From: the human T2T-CHM13v2.0 reference genome, Homo sapiens
Length of the DNA stretch: 64,000 nucleotides
Direction: 5' to 3' (one strand)
Assembly: GCF_009914755.1 (NCBI RefSeq)
Contig: NC_060926.1
A program made the translations under genes and the position numbers. Of this stretch, positions 52,287 to 64,000 are shown piece by piece (the first letter of the stretch is position 1; each line of letters starts with the position of its first letter). The notes below the pieces were generated by a model that was not told the DNA's origin, made no database searches, and saw only the letters and a program-made list of their open reading frames with translations.

Positions 52287-52905
52287 GCTGGGTATGGTGG
52301 CTCATGCCTGTAATCCAGCATTTTGGGAGGTTAAGGCAGGAGTATTGCTTCCGTCCAGGAGTTTGAGACCAGCCTGGGCAACACAGCATGTTGGCAACAT
52401 AGCAAGACCCTGTCTCTACAAAATATTTTTAAAAATTAGCCAGATGAGCTGGGCACGTTGGCTCACGCCTGTAATCCCAGCACTTTAGGAGGCTGAGGCG
52501 GACGGATCATGAGGTTAGGAGTTCCGAGACCAGCCTGGCCAATATGGTGAAACCCTGTCTCTATTGAAAATACAAAAATTAGCCAGGTGTGGTGGCACAT
52601 GCCTGTAGTCCCAGCTACTCAGGAGGCTAAGGCAGAAGAATCACTTGAACCCGGGAGAGGGAGGTTGCAGTGAGCCGAGATTGTGCCACAGCACTTTAGC
52701 CTGGGCGACAGAGTGAGACTCTGTCTCAAAAAAAAAAAAAAAAAAAAAAAAAAAGTAGCCAGATATGGTGGCACACACCTATGGTCCTAGCTACTTAGGG
52801 GGAGCTGAGGTGGGAGGATCACTCAAGCCCAGAGGCTGCAGTGAGCTGTGATGGCACCAGTGCACTCCAGCCTGGGCAACAGAGTGAGACCCTGTCTCAA
52901 AAAAA
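52287..52905 (+). mobile_element. AluJ with an AluS (52448-52755) nested in its linker
   Basis: J left arm, full S dimer with long A-tail, J right arm; TSD aaaattagccagat / aaaagtagccagat. Confidence 0.85.
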
Positions 52906-53185
52906 TAAAATATGCTCAAATAACCCATAAAAAGGGAGGAAAAAGAAAACAGACAAAAGAGAAACAGGGATGAACAGAAAATAAAATGGCAGACGTAAGC
53001 CCTAACATAGCAACAACTACAGTAAATATATTACTCTAAATATATTCATTAAAAAACATGTTAATAGAGTAGATTAAAAAACATCACCCAACTAATTGCT
53101 CCCTACAAGAAACTCACTTCAAATATACTAAAAAGGCAACCTCAAAGTAAAAGGATGGAAAAAATAAATCATGTAAACATTAACC

Positions 53186-53583
<398 letters not shown>

Positions 53584-54616
53584 CTAAATGTGTACGCACC
53601 AAATAACAAAGCTGAAAAATATGTGAAGCAAAAACTAAAGAACTAAAAAGACAAATGCACAGTTATAACTGCAGATATCTCTTCAGTATCTCTCGCTCTC
53701 TTTCTCTCTCTCTCAAGTGTTTATCACACAAGTGTCTATCGAACAACTACACAGAAAATCAACAAGGATACAGAAGAACTCAACACTACATCAACCAACC
53801 AGATCTAATCAACATTTATAAAACAGTCTACCACAAAACAGGAGAATATAAATTTCTCCCCAAATGCACATGGATCACAGACTAAGATAGATCAAACCAA
53901 GATAGACCTGAGCAATAAAGCAAATCTCAACAAATTTAAAATAACAAAATCATACAGAATCTCTTCTCCGACCAATATGGACTCAAACTAGAAATCAATA
54001 ACAGAAAGATAAAAGAACAATCTTCAACCACTTAGTAACCAAGTAACATTTCTAAAAAATCTCATGAGAAGGTGGCAGAGTGAAAGTAGGTTAATGGTAA
54101 AAACTTGTTGGAAAGATCTACTCAGCAGTCTGACCAAATCCAACTTTGAGGAGTTTATGAAATAGGAATTATTCTCCCATTATATATATTTTTTATTTTT
54201 TTCTCTGCTTTGTCCATGTTGAGGATGGTCTCCCACTTTCAGATTCCACTTGGGCACATATTCTTTTATTACCTACCCAGGTAATATTTATAACTACAAT
54301 AGTGGTGAAGGCTGGGCACATATTTTTAAAGTATTAATTTTACTGATTTTTCTAATTGACAAATAATTGTACATATTCACGTAGTACATAGTAATGTTTT
54401 GATATATAATGCATGCTGATCAGATCAGGGTAGTTTTTTTTTTTTAATTCCAACTTTGTTTACATTATATAAGACCATTTTATCTAATAAAAGCCTAAGT
54501 CTAGATGCTGTATGAGGGATAAGCATATTAAAAAATAAATAAATGAAGCATAAGTTCTTATAACATTTACAAAAATCTAGAAAACTCAGCTTTAGAAGAT
54601 GGAAGCTGCCCAAATA

Positions 54617-54948
54617 TTTTGTTTGTTTTTGTTTTTGTTTTTGTTTTAAGAGACAGGGTCTTTCTTGCTCTGTCACCCAGGCAGGAATGCAGTGGCACCT
54701 TCTTAGTTAACTGCAGCCTAGAACTCTTTGTCTCACACAATCCCTCCCACATCAGCTCCTAAGTAGCTAGGACTACAGGCATGTACCACCACACCTGGCT
54801 AATTTGTTAAATTTTTTTTTTTTTCTTTTTTTGTAGAGACAAGATCTCGTTATGTTGCCTAGGCAGGTCTTGAAGTCCTAGGCTCAAGGGATCCTCCTGC
54901 CTTGGTCTCCCAAAGGGCTAGGGTTATAGGCATGAACCACCGTGCCTG
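54617..54948 (-). mobile_element. AluJ
   Basis: Antisense dimer with (GTTTTT)n tail. Confidence 0.85.
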
Positions 54949-56010
54949 ATTAAAGGATGTTATTTCTGACAATATTATTTAGGATGGTAAATAATTAGCA
55001 ATGACTTAAATGTACAGCAGATACAGGAATAAACAGAAATTTACACTACCTAAGAGCCAAACAGGAAGTCTCAAGGAAAATAAAAAAATACATTGAACTG
55101 AATGAAAAATGAAACTACAATATATCCAAATATATGGAACATAGCTAAGGCAATGCTGAAGGGAAATTTATAGCACTAAATGCATACATTAGAAAAGAGA
55201 AAAAATCTCAAACCAATAATTTAAGCTCCCATCTCAAGAGCAAAATAAACCCAAAGCAAGCAGAAGGGGGAAAAAAGGCAAAGAAAAACAGAGACGACAC
55301 AGATTACCAGTATCTGGAATGCAACAGAGATCTCATGGCAGACTCTGCAGACAGCAAAATAGAGTACTATGAACACCTCTACACATTTTTAGACTAAATG
55401 GGCCACTTCCTCAAACTATCACAACCCATCTAATATAAAATAGATAATTTGAATAGTTCTTTAGTTATCAAGTAAAATAAATTCACAGTTTATAAAACTC
55501 AAAAAGAAAAAAGAAAAAAAGAAATCTCCAAGCCCAGGTGGAGAAGTCAACAAAATACTTTAAAAGGAATTAACACCAATTCTACACCAGATACAGAAGA
55601 GGAGGAAACACTTTCCATTTCATTTTAAGTTAGTATTACCCTGATGCCAAAACTAGGCAAAGACATGAATATAAACCTAAGAATCCTAAACTAAATATTA
55701 GCAAATAGTATTCAGCAATATACAGCAAGATTATACAAAGTAATCAAGGGGGGTTTATTGCAGGGATGGCAAGTTGATTGAATATTAGAAAATCATGTCA
55801 ACAAGCTAAAGGAGGTAACAATCACATAATCATGAACTCTTGCAAAAAAAAAAGCAATAGGCAAAATTCAGTACCTAAGAAACCTCTTAGAAAAATATGA
55901 ATAAAGGAGACTTCATCAACTTGATGAAGAGTTTGCATTAAAAACTTAAAGCTAATATTATACTCAATTGTGAAAGACTGAATACTTTTTCCTAAGATAA
56001 AGAATATGGC

Positions 56011-56325
56011 AGCCAGGCACAGTGGCTCAGACTTATAATCTCAGCACTTTGGGAGGCCAAGGTAGGAAAATTGCTTTAGCCCAGGAGTTCAAGACCAACC
56101 TGGTCAACGTAGGGAAACCCTGTCTGTACAAAAAAAAAAAAAGAACAAAAAAATTAGCTGGGTGTGGTGGTGCCCACCTGTGGTCCTAGCTACTCAGGAG
56201 GCTGAGGTGGAAGGATCACTTGAGCCCAGGAGGTCAAGGCTGCACTGAGCCATGATCGCATCACTGCACTCCAGCCTGGGTGACAGAGTGAGATCCCGTC
56301 TTTAAGAAAAAAAAAAAAAAAAAAA
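56011..56325 (+). mobile_element. AluJ
   Basis: Dimer; TSD aagaatatggca / aaaagcatggca. Confidence 0.88.
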
Positions 56326-57612
56326 GCATGGCAAGTATGTCTACTTTCACCAATCTTTTCAGTACAGTTTTGGAAGTTCTAATCAGTGCAATAACAAGGA
56401 AAGGAAATAAAAGGCATACAGATTAAAAAAAAAAAAAAAAAGAAGACTACCCCTATTTGCAAATAATTGCCTATGTAGGAAATCCCAAGAAATCTAGCAA
56501 AAATTCCTAGAACTAGTGAGTTCTGTATGGCTGCAGGATATAAGACAAACATATAAAACCCTATTGTATTTCTACATACTAGCAACGAACATATGAACAA
56601 TGAAATTTAAAAAACAATACCATTTATAATCACTCCAAAAAATTAAATACTTAGTTATAAATCTAACAAAACATGTATAATACTTGTATGCTGGAAACTA
56701 CAAAATACTGATGAGAGAAATCAAAGAGCTATAAAACATTGAGAGACATAACATGTTCATGGATTTGCAGACTCACTATAGAAACGTGTCAATTCTCTCT
56801 GAATTTATATGAGTTAAATGCAATTCCTAGCATAATTCTATCAAAATTCTTTGTAAATACAGAAAAAAATTATCCTAAAAGTTACGTACAGAGGCAAAAA
56901 AAGAATACCTAAAACAATTTTGGAAAATAATGCAGTAGAAGGAATCAGTTAACCCAATAAATGAATAAAACAGAAGAGAGAACTCAGAAATAGAAACACA
57001 CAAATATGCCCAACTGCTTTTTGACAAAGGTACAAAAACAACTCGATGGAGAAAGACTGCCTTTCCTACAAATGGTGGTAGAGCAACTGAATATCCACAG
57101 GCAAAAAAAAAAAAAAAGAACCTTGACCTAAGTCTCACACCTTACACAAAATCGATCATGGACTTAAATGAAAAGTGAAAAACTGTAAAACTTTTAGAAT
57201 AAAAGTCTTCTAAAATTTTCAGGATCTAGAGCTGAAATTTCATCAAAATTAAAAATATTTGCTCTGTGAACAACATGTTAAAACAATGAAAAGACAAGCT
57301 ACAGAGTGGAATAAATTACTTAACAAACCACATATTCAATAAAGAACTAGTTTCTAGAATACATAGAGAAGGCTTGAAACCCAACAGTTAAAAAAAAAAT
57401 CCAAATAGAAAATGGGCAGAAGGGCAGAAGTCACAAACAGACAACTCATCAAAGAGGATATACCGATGACAAGCACATGAAAAGATGTTCAACATCATCA
57501 GCCACCAGGAAAATGCAAATTAAAACCACGGTGAGACATCACTACAAACTTATCACAATGGCTAAAATAAAAACAGTGAAGAACCAAATTGCAAAAACAC
57601 TGGATCACTCAT

Positions 57613-58015
57613 TGTATTATTCTCCTAGAGCAATCATAACAAAATACTACAGACTGGGTAGTTTAAACAGCAAAATGTCTTTTCTTACAGTTCCGGAGGT
57701 TAGAAGTCCACGATTAAGGTGTCAGCAGGTTTGGTTTCTTCTGAGGCCTCTTACTTTGGCTTGCAGGTACTGCCTTTTCTCTGTGCCCTTTCATGGTCTT
57801 TCCTTTGTGTGCACATATCCCTGGTGTCTGTGTGTCCAAATTTCTTCTTTTAAGGACACCAGTCAGATGGATTAGGGGCCACTCTAAAGACCCAATTTCA
57901 ACTAAAATCACTTTTTAAAAGACCTGTTTCCAAATACAATCACACTCTGAGGTACTAGGGGTTAGAGCTTCACACAACCTATGAAATTTGTGGGGATATA
58001 ATTCCACCTTTAACA
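57613..58015 (-). mobile_element. MLT1B-like MaLR LTR inside L1MD ORF2
   Basis: tgtattattctcctagagcaatcataacaaaatactacagactggg...attccacctttaaca; 5-bp TSD ctcat / ttcat. Confidence 0.82.
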
Positions 58016-58809
58016 TTCATATAGTTAGTGGCAATTTAAAATATTAACAGTACAGACACTATGGGAGACAGTTTGGTAATCTCTTTAAAAACCTAAACAT
58101 TCAACTACCATACATCTTGGCAACTGCACACTTAGGCATTCATTCCAGAGAAATGAAGACTCATGTTCACACAAAAACCTATACATGAACATTTACAGCA
58201 GCTTTACTCCTAAGAGTCAAAAGCTAGAAACAGCCTAGATATCCTTCAATGGGTGAATAAACTGTGGTACATCCATACCACAGAATACTACTCAGTAATT
58301 AAAAAGGAACTATGGAAACAGAGTAACCTGTGTATGAATCTCCAGTGAATTATGCTGAATTAAAAAAACCAATCCCAAAAATATATATACAATAAGATCC
58401 CATTTATATAGCACTCTTGAAATGACAAAACTATAGAAATTGGAGAATAATGGCTGCCAGGTATTAAGGAGGAAGCAGTGGGTGAGAAGGAACTGGGTGT
58501 GGCCACAGAAAGAAACTCTTTATATCTTGCTACACATGGGTGGGAAACTTACCCGAAACCTCTTTTGTACTTTCTAATATTTGAATGCTGTGTTCTAAAA
58601 TAAAGTACAAGAATAACAATGGTCACATAGGGGTGGATGAAGATTTATTAGTTACCATATGTGGAATGATTAAGGAGGGCCAGGTTCTGTCTAATCCAGA
58701 CCTGTCCTTGCTCCAACACCAGTGCTTCCAATCACCAGTCTATGCTCAATGTTTAAATGTCACCCAAAGCAACAACTGCAGTGTCCAGCATGATCCTGCA
58801 CAAGAGATG

Positions 58810-59177
58810 CACTATAGACTGAATGTTTGTGTCCTCCCCCACAAAATCATACGTTAAAATTCTAACATCTAATGTGAAGGTATTAGGAGATGAAGCCTTT
58901 GGTAGGTGATTAGTTCATCAGGGCAGAGACCTAATCAATGAGATTAGTATCCTTATAAAAGAAATCTGGAGAGTTCCCTTGCCCTTTTTCCCATATGAAG
59001 ACACAGCAAGAAGATGGTCAACTACAAACCAAGAAGCTGGCCCTCACCAGATACAAAATCTGCCGTGCTTGGATCCTAGATTTCCCAGCCTCCAAAACTG
59101 TAAGAAATAAATTTTTGTTGCTCATAAGCCACCCAGAATATGGTATTCTGTTATAGCACCCTGAATGGACTAAGACC
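58810..59177 (+). mobile_element. MLT1A0-like MaLR LTR
   Basis: ctatagactgaatgtttgtgtcctcccc...gaaataaatttttgttg...ctgaatggactaagac; agatg on both flanks. Confidence 0.82.
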
Positions 59178-60404
59178 AGATGTAAATTATAAAATTCTCT
59201 GTCCTATCAACATTCTTATTTCCACAGTATCTGATGTCAGCAAAGTATTACAGAGAAGAGCAATAATTTGCTTAAATGATTCACACTAAGGTATGAGTAA
59301 CTGATAGGCTTAAATATTCTCTCAAGGTTCAAAAGCAGTTTAGCTCAAATGACATTTTAACAGAAACTGTTATGTTCAGAACAGAATTAAACTGTAGTCC
59401 AAGTGCTATCACCTGCTTAATTCAGAGGCCCTAATGCATCCACTCACTCTATTTCTAATCTTGGAGTTCTTAGGTATTTTGAAAGTAAATGGGATATAAA
59501 TCCTAAATTATAAAGTAGTAGTGGCTTACGCCTCACCATAACTCAAGAAGCATTATCTGGTTAGCTGCCTGTCCTACTAGGAGAAATCTGTGGTATTGAG
59601 CTTTCATCTGGCTGTGAGTAAAGGTAATTCAAGATCTAGTAAAAACTATAAAAATCGCTGTTTGTCTTCTGAGCTGCCTGTAAGCTCTCTTTTCTCTTGT
59701 CTTAAGTTCTCTATAGTATCCTTCCTATCTGCTGCCTCAGGAGTCCACCATCTTCCACCTTCCTCTATCAAAACAGAAAAAGATTTAAACAAGGACTGAA
59801 CTGTCTTTTTAAATGCTTGTCTTGCACTTCGAGGCAGCTAAGAGGTATTTTTACCTTTTGGTTTGACTTGGTTAAATTGAGGAAGTAGGGGCTTTGCTTT
59901 TTATTTTGCTGGGTCCACTAGAAAAATTGTTTTAGTACAGATACCACACCTGGGAGAATCTGGCCCAAAAAGTTAATAGGTGACTTGACCTCTCTTTTGT
60001 CCCTGCCACCTTTTAAACTTAATTATTCAGAACCCAAGACTCAAGCTGCAAAGATCCAGATGTTATTTTCATAGTGTCTCCTTTCCTCTCCTGGTTTGAT
60101 ACCCCTTTCTTTCTTTCAGTGTGGTGACCATTTTTGCATATCTTCCTCCCTTCCAACCCCCAGGAATCTGTTCTCCATCCCAAAGTTCATACAGCCTCCA
60201 TCCTGTGAGAAGTAAATGAATTATAAAAGTCTGGGGAGAAGAGAGGCATAAAATACATAGGTGGCTAGGCTGACCTCACAGACTTCCAAACATAAAACTC
60301 AAACATGGGAAAAGAGCAAAGGACCACCACCACTACTACCCCCATCCAGCTGACAAAAAGTAAGGTTCAACACTTTTGTTTTTTAGTGTTTGTGTCTTAA
60401 AATA

Positions 60405-61020
60405 AATCACCAGTACTTCTTAAAACTATCATTTAAAACAAACAAACAAAAAAAAAACACCTCTGAGAAACTGTCAGAGGAGACTAAGGAGAAATGACAA
60501 CTAAATGCAATCTTGTTTTCTAGATGGTTCCTGAAACAGAAAAGAACTTTAATGGAAACCCTGGTGATATCCAAAGCAAGTCTCCAGTTAACAGTAACAT
60601 ACTGATGCTGGTTTCTTAGTTTTGACAAATGAACCACAGTAGGATACTGTTAGTGGAAACTGAAACTGGGTGAGGTGTATATTGGGACGTTGTACTATTT
60701 GGCAACTGTTCTGCAAATCCAAAATTATTCTAAAACAAAAAGTATATTTAAAAATAGAAAAGATGAAAGCTTTTAATGTAATTTTCCAAGAAGTAAAAAA
60801 AGTAAGGTACAGAACACTATGTGATACAGAAGCAGCAATATAGGAATAGGTACTGAAGTATCGTTTGTATAAAAAGGATGGGAAATCATATGCATATATA
60901 TAAAATATTTCTGAAAGAATACATAAGAATCTGATGACACTGACTTTGTGGAGGAGAGAACTCAGCAGCTGAGTAGGAATGAAAGGAAGAATTTGTAATG
61001 TGTCCTCTTACACCTTTTAA
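60405..61020 (+). mobile_element. Old L1MC/ME 3'-end fragments
   Basis: gactaaggagaaatgacaactaaatgcaa...cttagttttgacaaatgaacc...ggtgaggtgtatattgggac. Confidence 0.6.
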
Positions 61021-61027
61021 ATTTTGA

Positions 61028-61342
61028 GGCCAGGCACAGTGGCTCACACCTGTAACCCCAGCACTTTAGAAGGCTGAAGCAAGCGGATCTGCTTGAGCTC
61101 AGGAGTTTGAGACCAGCCTGGGCAACATGGCATAAACCCTGAGTCTATAAAAAATACAAAAATTAACCAGGTGTGGTGGCATGCACCTATAGTCCCAGCT
61201 ACTCAGGAGGCTGAGGCAGGAGGATCACCTGAGCCCAGAAGGTTGAGGCTGCAGAGAACCCTGACTGTACCACTGCACTTCAGCCTGGGTGGCAGAGTGA
61301 GACCTTGTCTCGAAAAAAAAATAAAATAATAAAAAATAAAAT
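61028..61342 (+). mobile_element. AluJ
   Basis: Dimer; TSD aaattttga / aaaatttga. Confidence 0.87.
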
Positions 61343-61980
61343 TTGAAACATATTAATGTATTATCTATTCAAAAAATAATTAACTTTTAAAATAAAAAGG
61401 ATGACCAGGAACTGAACTAAGACAAAGACTATGGAAATAATGTAGAGGATTAATGAGAAAAAAAATTTAGGAGCTAAAAAAGAAAACCTAATCTACTCCA
61501 TCTATCCATTAAGGCTTTCTACAACCCCTTCCTCACTTTTTCCACCAACCTCCTTTCTCCTTAACGCACTACAGACTTTTTATTCTAGCTGAACCAATCT
61601 GACTGCTAATTCCAAAGAGTCACCAGCCATTTTTCCTCAAATCCACATCTCTCCCTGCAAAACCTAACTTTAAACTTAAAAGCCACCCACCTATGTGCTA
61701 TTTAGCATTCTGAATATTCTGTCTACACCAGGGACAGCAAATACAGGCACTAACGCCATCACTACTCCTACTCATAACAATAAACACTGCTCAATGATCA
61801 CAGTATCCTTTCCCACTAATCCAGAAGCTGCGTCCAACTAACTTCTCAATGCAGTCTTCCAGGCAGTCTTCACTATCAATCAAAGCTAGCCCATGAAATA
61901 AAACCTACTTGCCATATCTAGTCCCCACTATATTAATCTGTTTGCCTCGATATATTTGCCATGAATTTTAGGTATATTTA

Positions 61981-63742
61981 CATGCATATCTCACTTTAAT
62001 ACACTTTATTGTGCTTTGCAGATATTGTATTTTTCATAGATTGAAGGTTGGTGATAATCCTAAGTGGAGCAAGTTTGTCAGCTCATTTTTCCAACAGCAT
62101 GTGTTCATTTTGTGTTTCTGTGTCACATTTTGGTAATTCTCACAACATTTCAAGCTTTTTCATTATTATTATATCTGTTATGGTGATCTGTGATCAGTGA
62201 TCTTTGATGTTACTACTGTAATTGTTTGGGGGCACCATGAATCAAACCCATATAAGATGGCGAACTTAATCAACACATATTGTGTGTATTCTGACTGCTC
62301 CGCTGACTGGGGCTTCTCCTGTCTCTCTCCTTCTCCTCAGGCCTCTCTATCCCAGGAGACACAATAATACTGAAATTAGGCCAATCAATAATCCTACAAT
62401 GGCCTCTAAATATTAAAGTGAAAGGAGGAGTCACATTTCTCACTTTAAATGAAAAGCTAGAAATGATTAAGCTTACTCAGGAAGGTATGTCTAAAGACAA
62501 CAGAGGTCAAAAGCTAGGTCTCTTGTGACAGTTAGTCAAGCTGTAAATGCAAAGGAAAAGTTATTGAAGGAAAGTAAAAGTGCCACTCCAGAAAACATAC
62601 GAATGATAAGAAAGTGAAACAGCCACATTGTTAATATGGAGAAAGGTCCAGTGGTCTGGATAGAAGACCAAACCAGCCATAACATTCCCTTAAGCCAAAG
62701 CCTAATTCAGAGCAAGACACTAGTTCTAGTCCATTCTATGAAGGCTGAGAGGTGAGGAAGCTCCAGAAGGCAAGTTTGAAGCTAGTAGGAGTTGGTTCAT
62801 GAGGTTTAACGAAAGAAGCCATCTCCATAACATAAATGTGCAAGATGAAGCAGCAAGTGCTGATGTAGAAGCTGCAGTATGTTATCAAAAAAATCTAGCT
62901 AAGATAATTGATGAAGGTGGCTACATTAAACAACAGATTTTCAATGTAGATGAAACAGCCTTCTATTAGACAAAGATGTCATCTAGGACTTTCATAGCAA
63001 GAGAGAAGTAAATGGCTTCAAAATTTCAAAGGACAGGCTAACTCTCTTGTTAGGGGCTAATGCAGCTGGTGACCTTAAGTGAAAGCCGATGCTCGTTTAC
63101 CATTCTGAACTGACTGAAATCTACTCAGTCTGTTCTCTATAAATGGAATAACAAAGCCTGGATAACAGCATATGTGCTTACAGCATGGTTTACTGAATCT
63201 TTTAAGCCTACTATTAAGACCTGCTGCTCAGACAAAAAAAAAAAAAGATTCCTTTCAAAATATTGCTGCTCATTGGCAATGCACCTGGTCATCCAAGAAC
63301 TCTGATGGAGATGTACAAGGAGATTAATGTTTCCATACCTGCTGACACAAAAGTCATTCTGTAGCCCACAGATCAAGGAGTAAGTTTGACTTTCAAGTCT
63401 TATTATTTTAGAAATACATTTCAAAGGCTATAGCTGCCATAGATAGTGATTTCTCTGATGGATTTGGGCAAAGTAAATTGAGAACATTCTAGAAAAGATT
63501 CATCAATCTAGACTCCATTAAGAACATTTGTGATTCATGGGAGGAGGTCAAAATATACTGACATGAATAGGAGTTTGGAAGAAGTTGATCCCAACTTCCA
63601 TAGATAACTTTAAGGGGTTCAAAATTTCAGTGTAGGAAGTAACTGCAGATGTGGTAGAAATAACAACAGAACTAGAATTAGAAGTGGAGCCTGAAGATGT
63701 GACTGAATTGCTGCAATCTCAAGATAAAACTTTAACAGATGG
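61981..63742 (+). mobile_element. Tigger1 DNA transposon with decayed transposase; interrupted by an Alu and continuing past the window
   Basis: TA then catgcatatctcactttaat...; transposase start aatggcctctaa at 62399; [13 protein letters not shown]-motif remnant ~62936-62966. Confidence 0.9.

Positions 63743-64000
<258 letters not shown>

Noticed and set aside
62399-63740. Tigger1 transposase as a domesticated TIGD1-like gene
   Set aside because: In-frame stop within the first codons, multiple disruptions, an Alu insertion and no long + strand ORF in the track.

Overview
Primate genomic DNA, very probably great ape or human, because the L1PA3-type 5'UTR deletion and an AluY are present. It is dominated by transposable elements and contains no recognisable intact host protein-coding exon. 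From left to right: (1) a decayed, 5'-truncated ERV1 provirus (gag, an RT remnant and the 3' LTR) interrupted by a THE1 LTR and a full-length L1PA3-like element; (2) MER21 and LTR47-like LTRs; (3) a ~12-kb head-to-tail pair of full-length L1s (L1PB1-like, then L1PA6-like inserted in its tail); (4) a mixed unique/MIR/LTR middle region; (5) an old L1MD-like element heavily nested with Alus, an L1PA15/16 3' end, an MLT1 LTR and ~1 kb of unexplained sequence; (6) a Tigger1. Nearly all L1s and most Alus lie on the + strand, which suggests a large intron of a gene transcribed on the - strand. Several weak minus-strand exon candidates are listed. Subfamily names come from recalled consensus sequences, not from a RepeatMasker run. 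I found no convincing new biological system. The best leads are the intact L1 ORF0/antisense promoter, the unexplained ~1-kb insert, the templated fold-back repair scars and the candidate exons.
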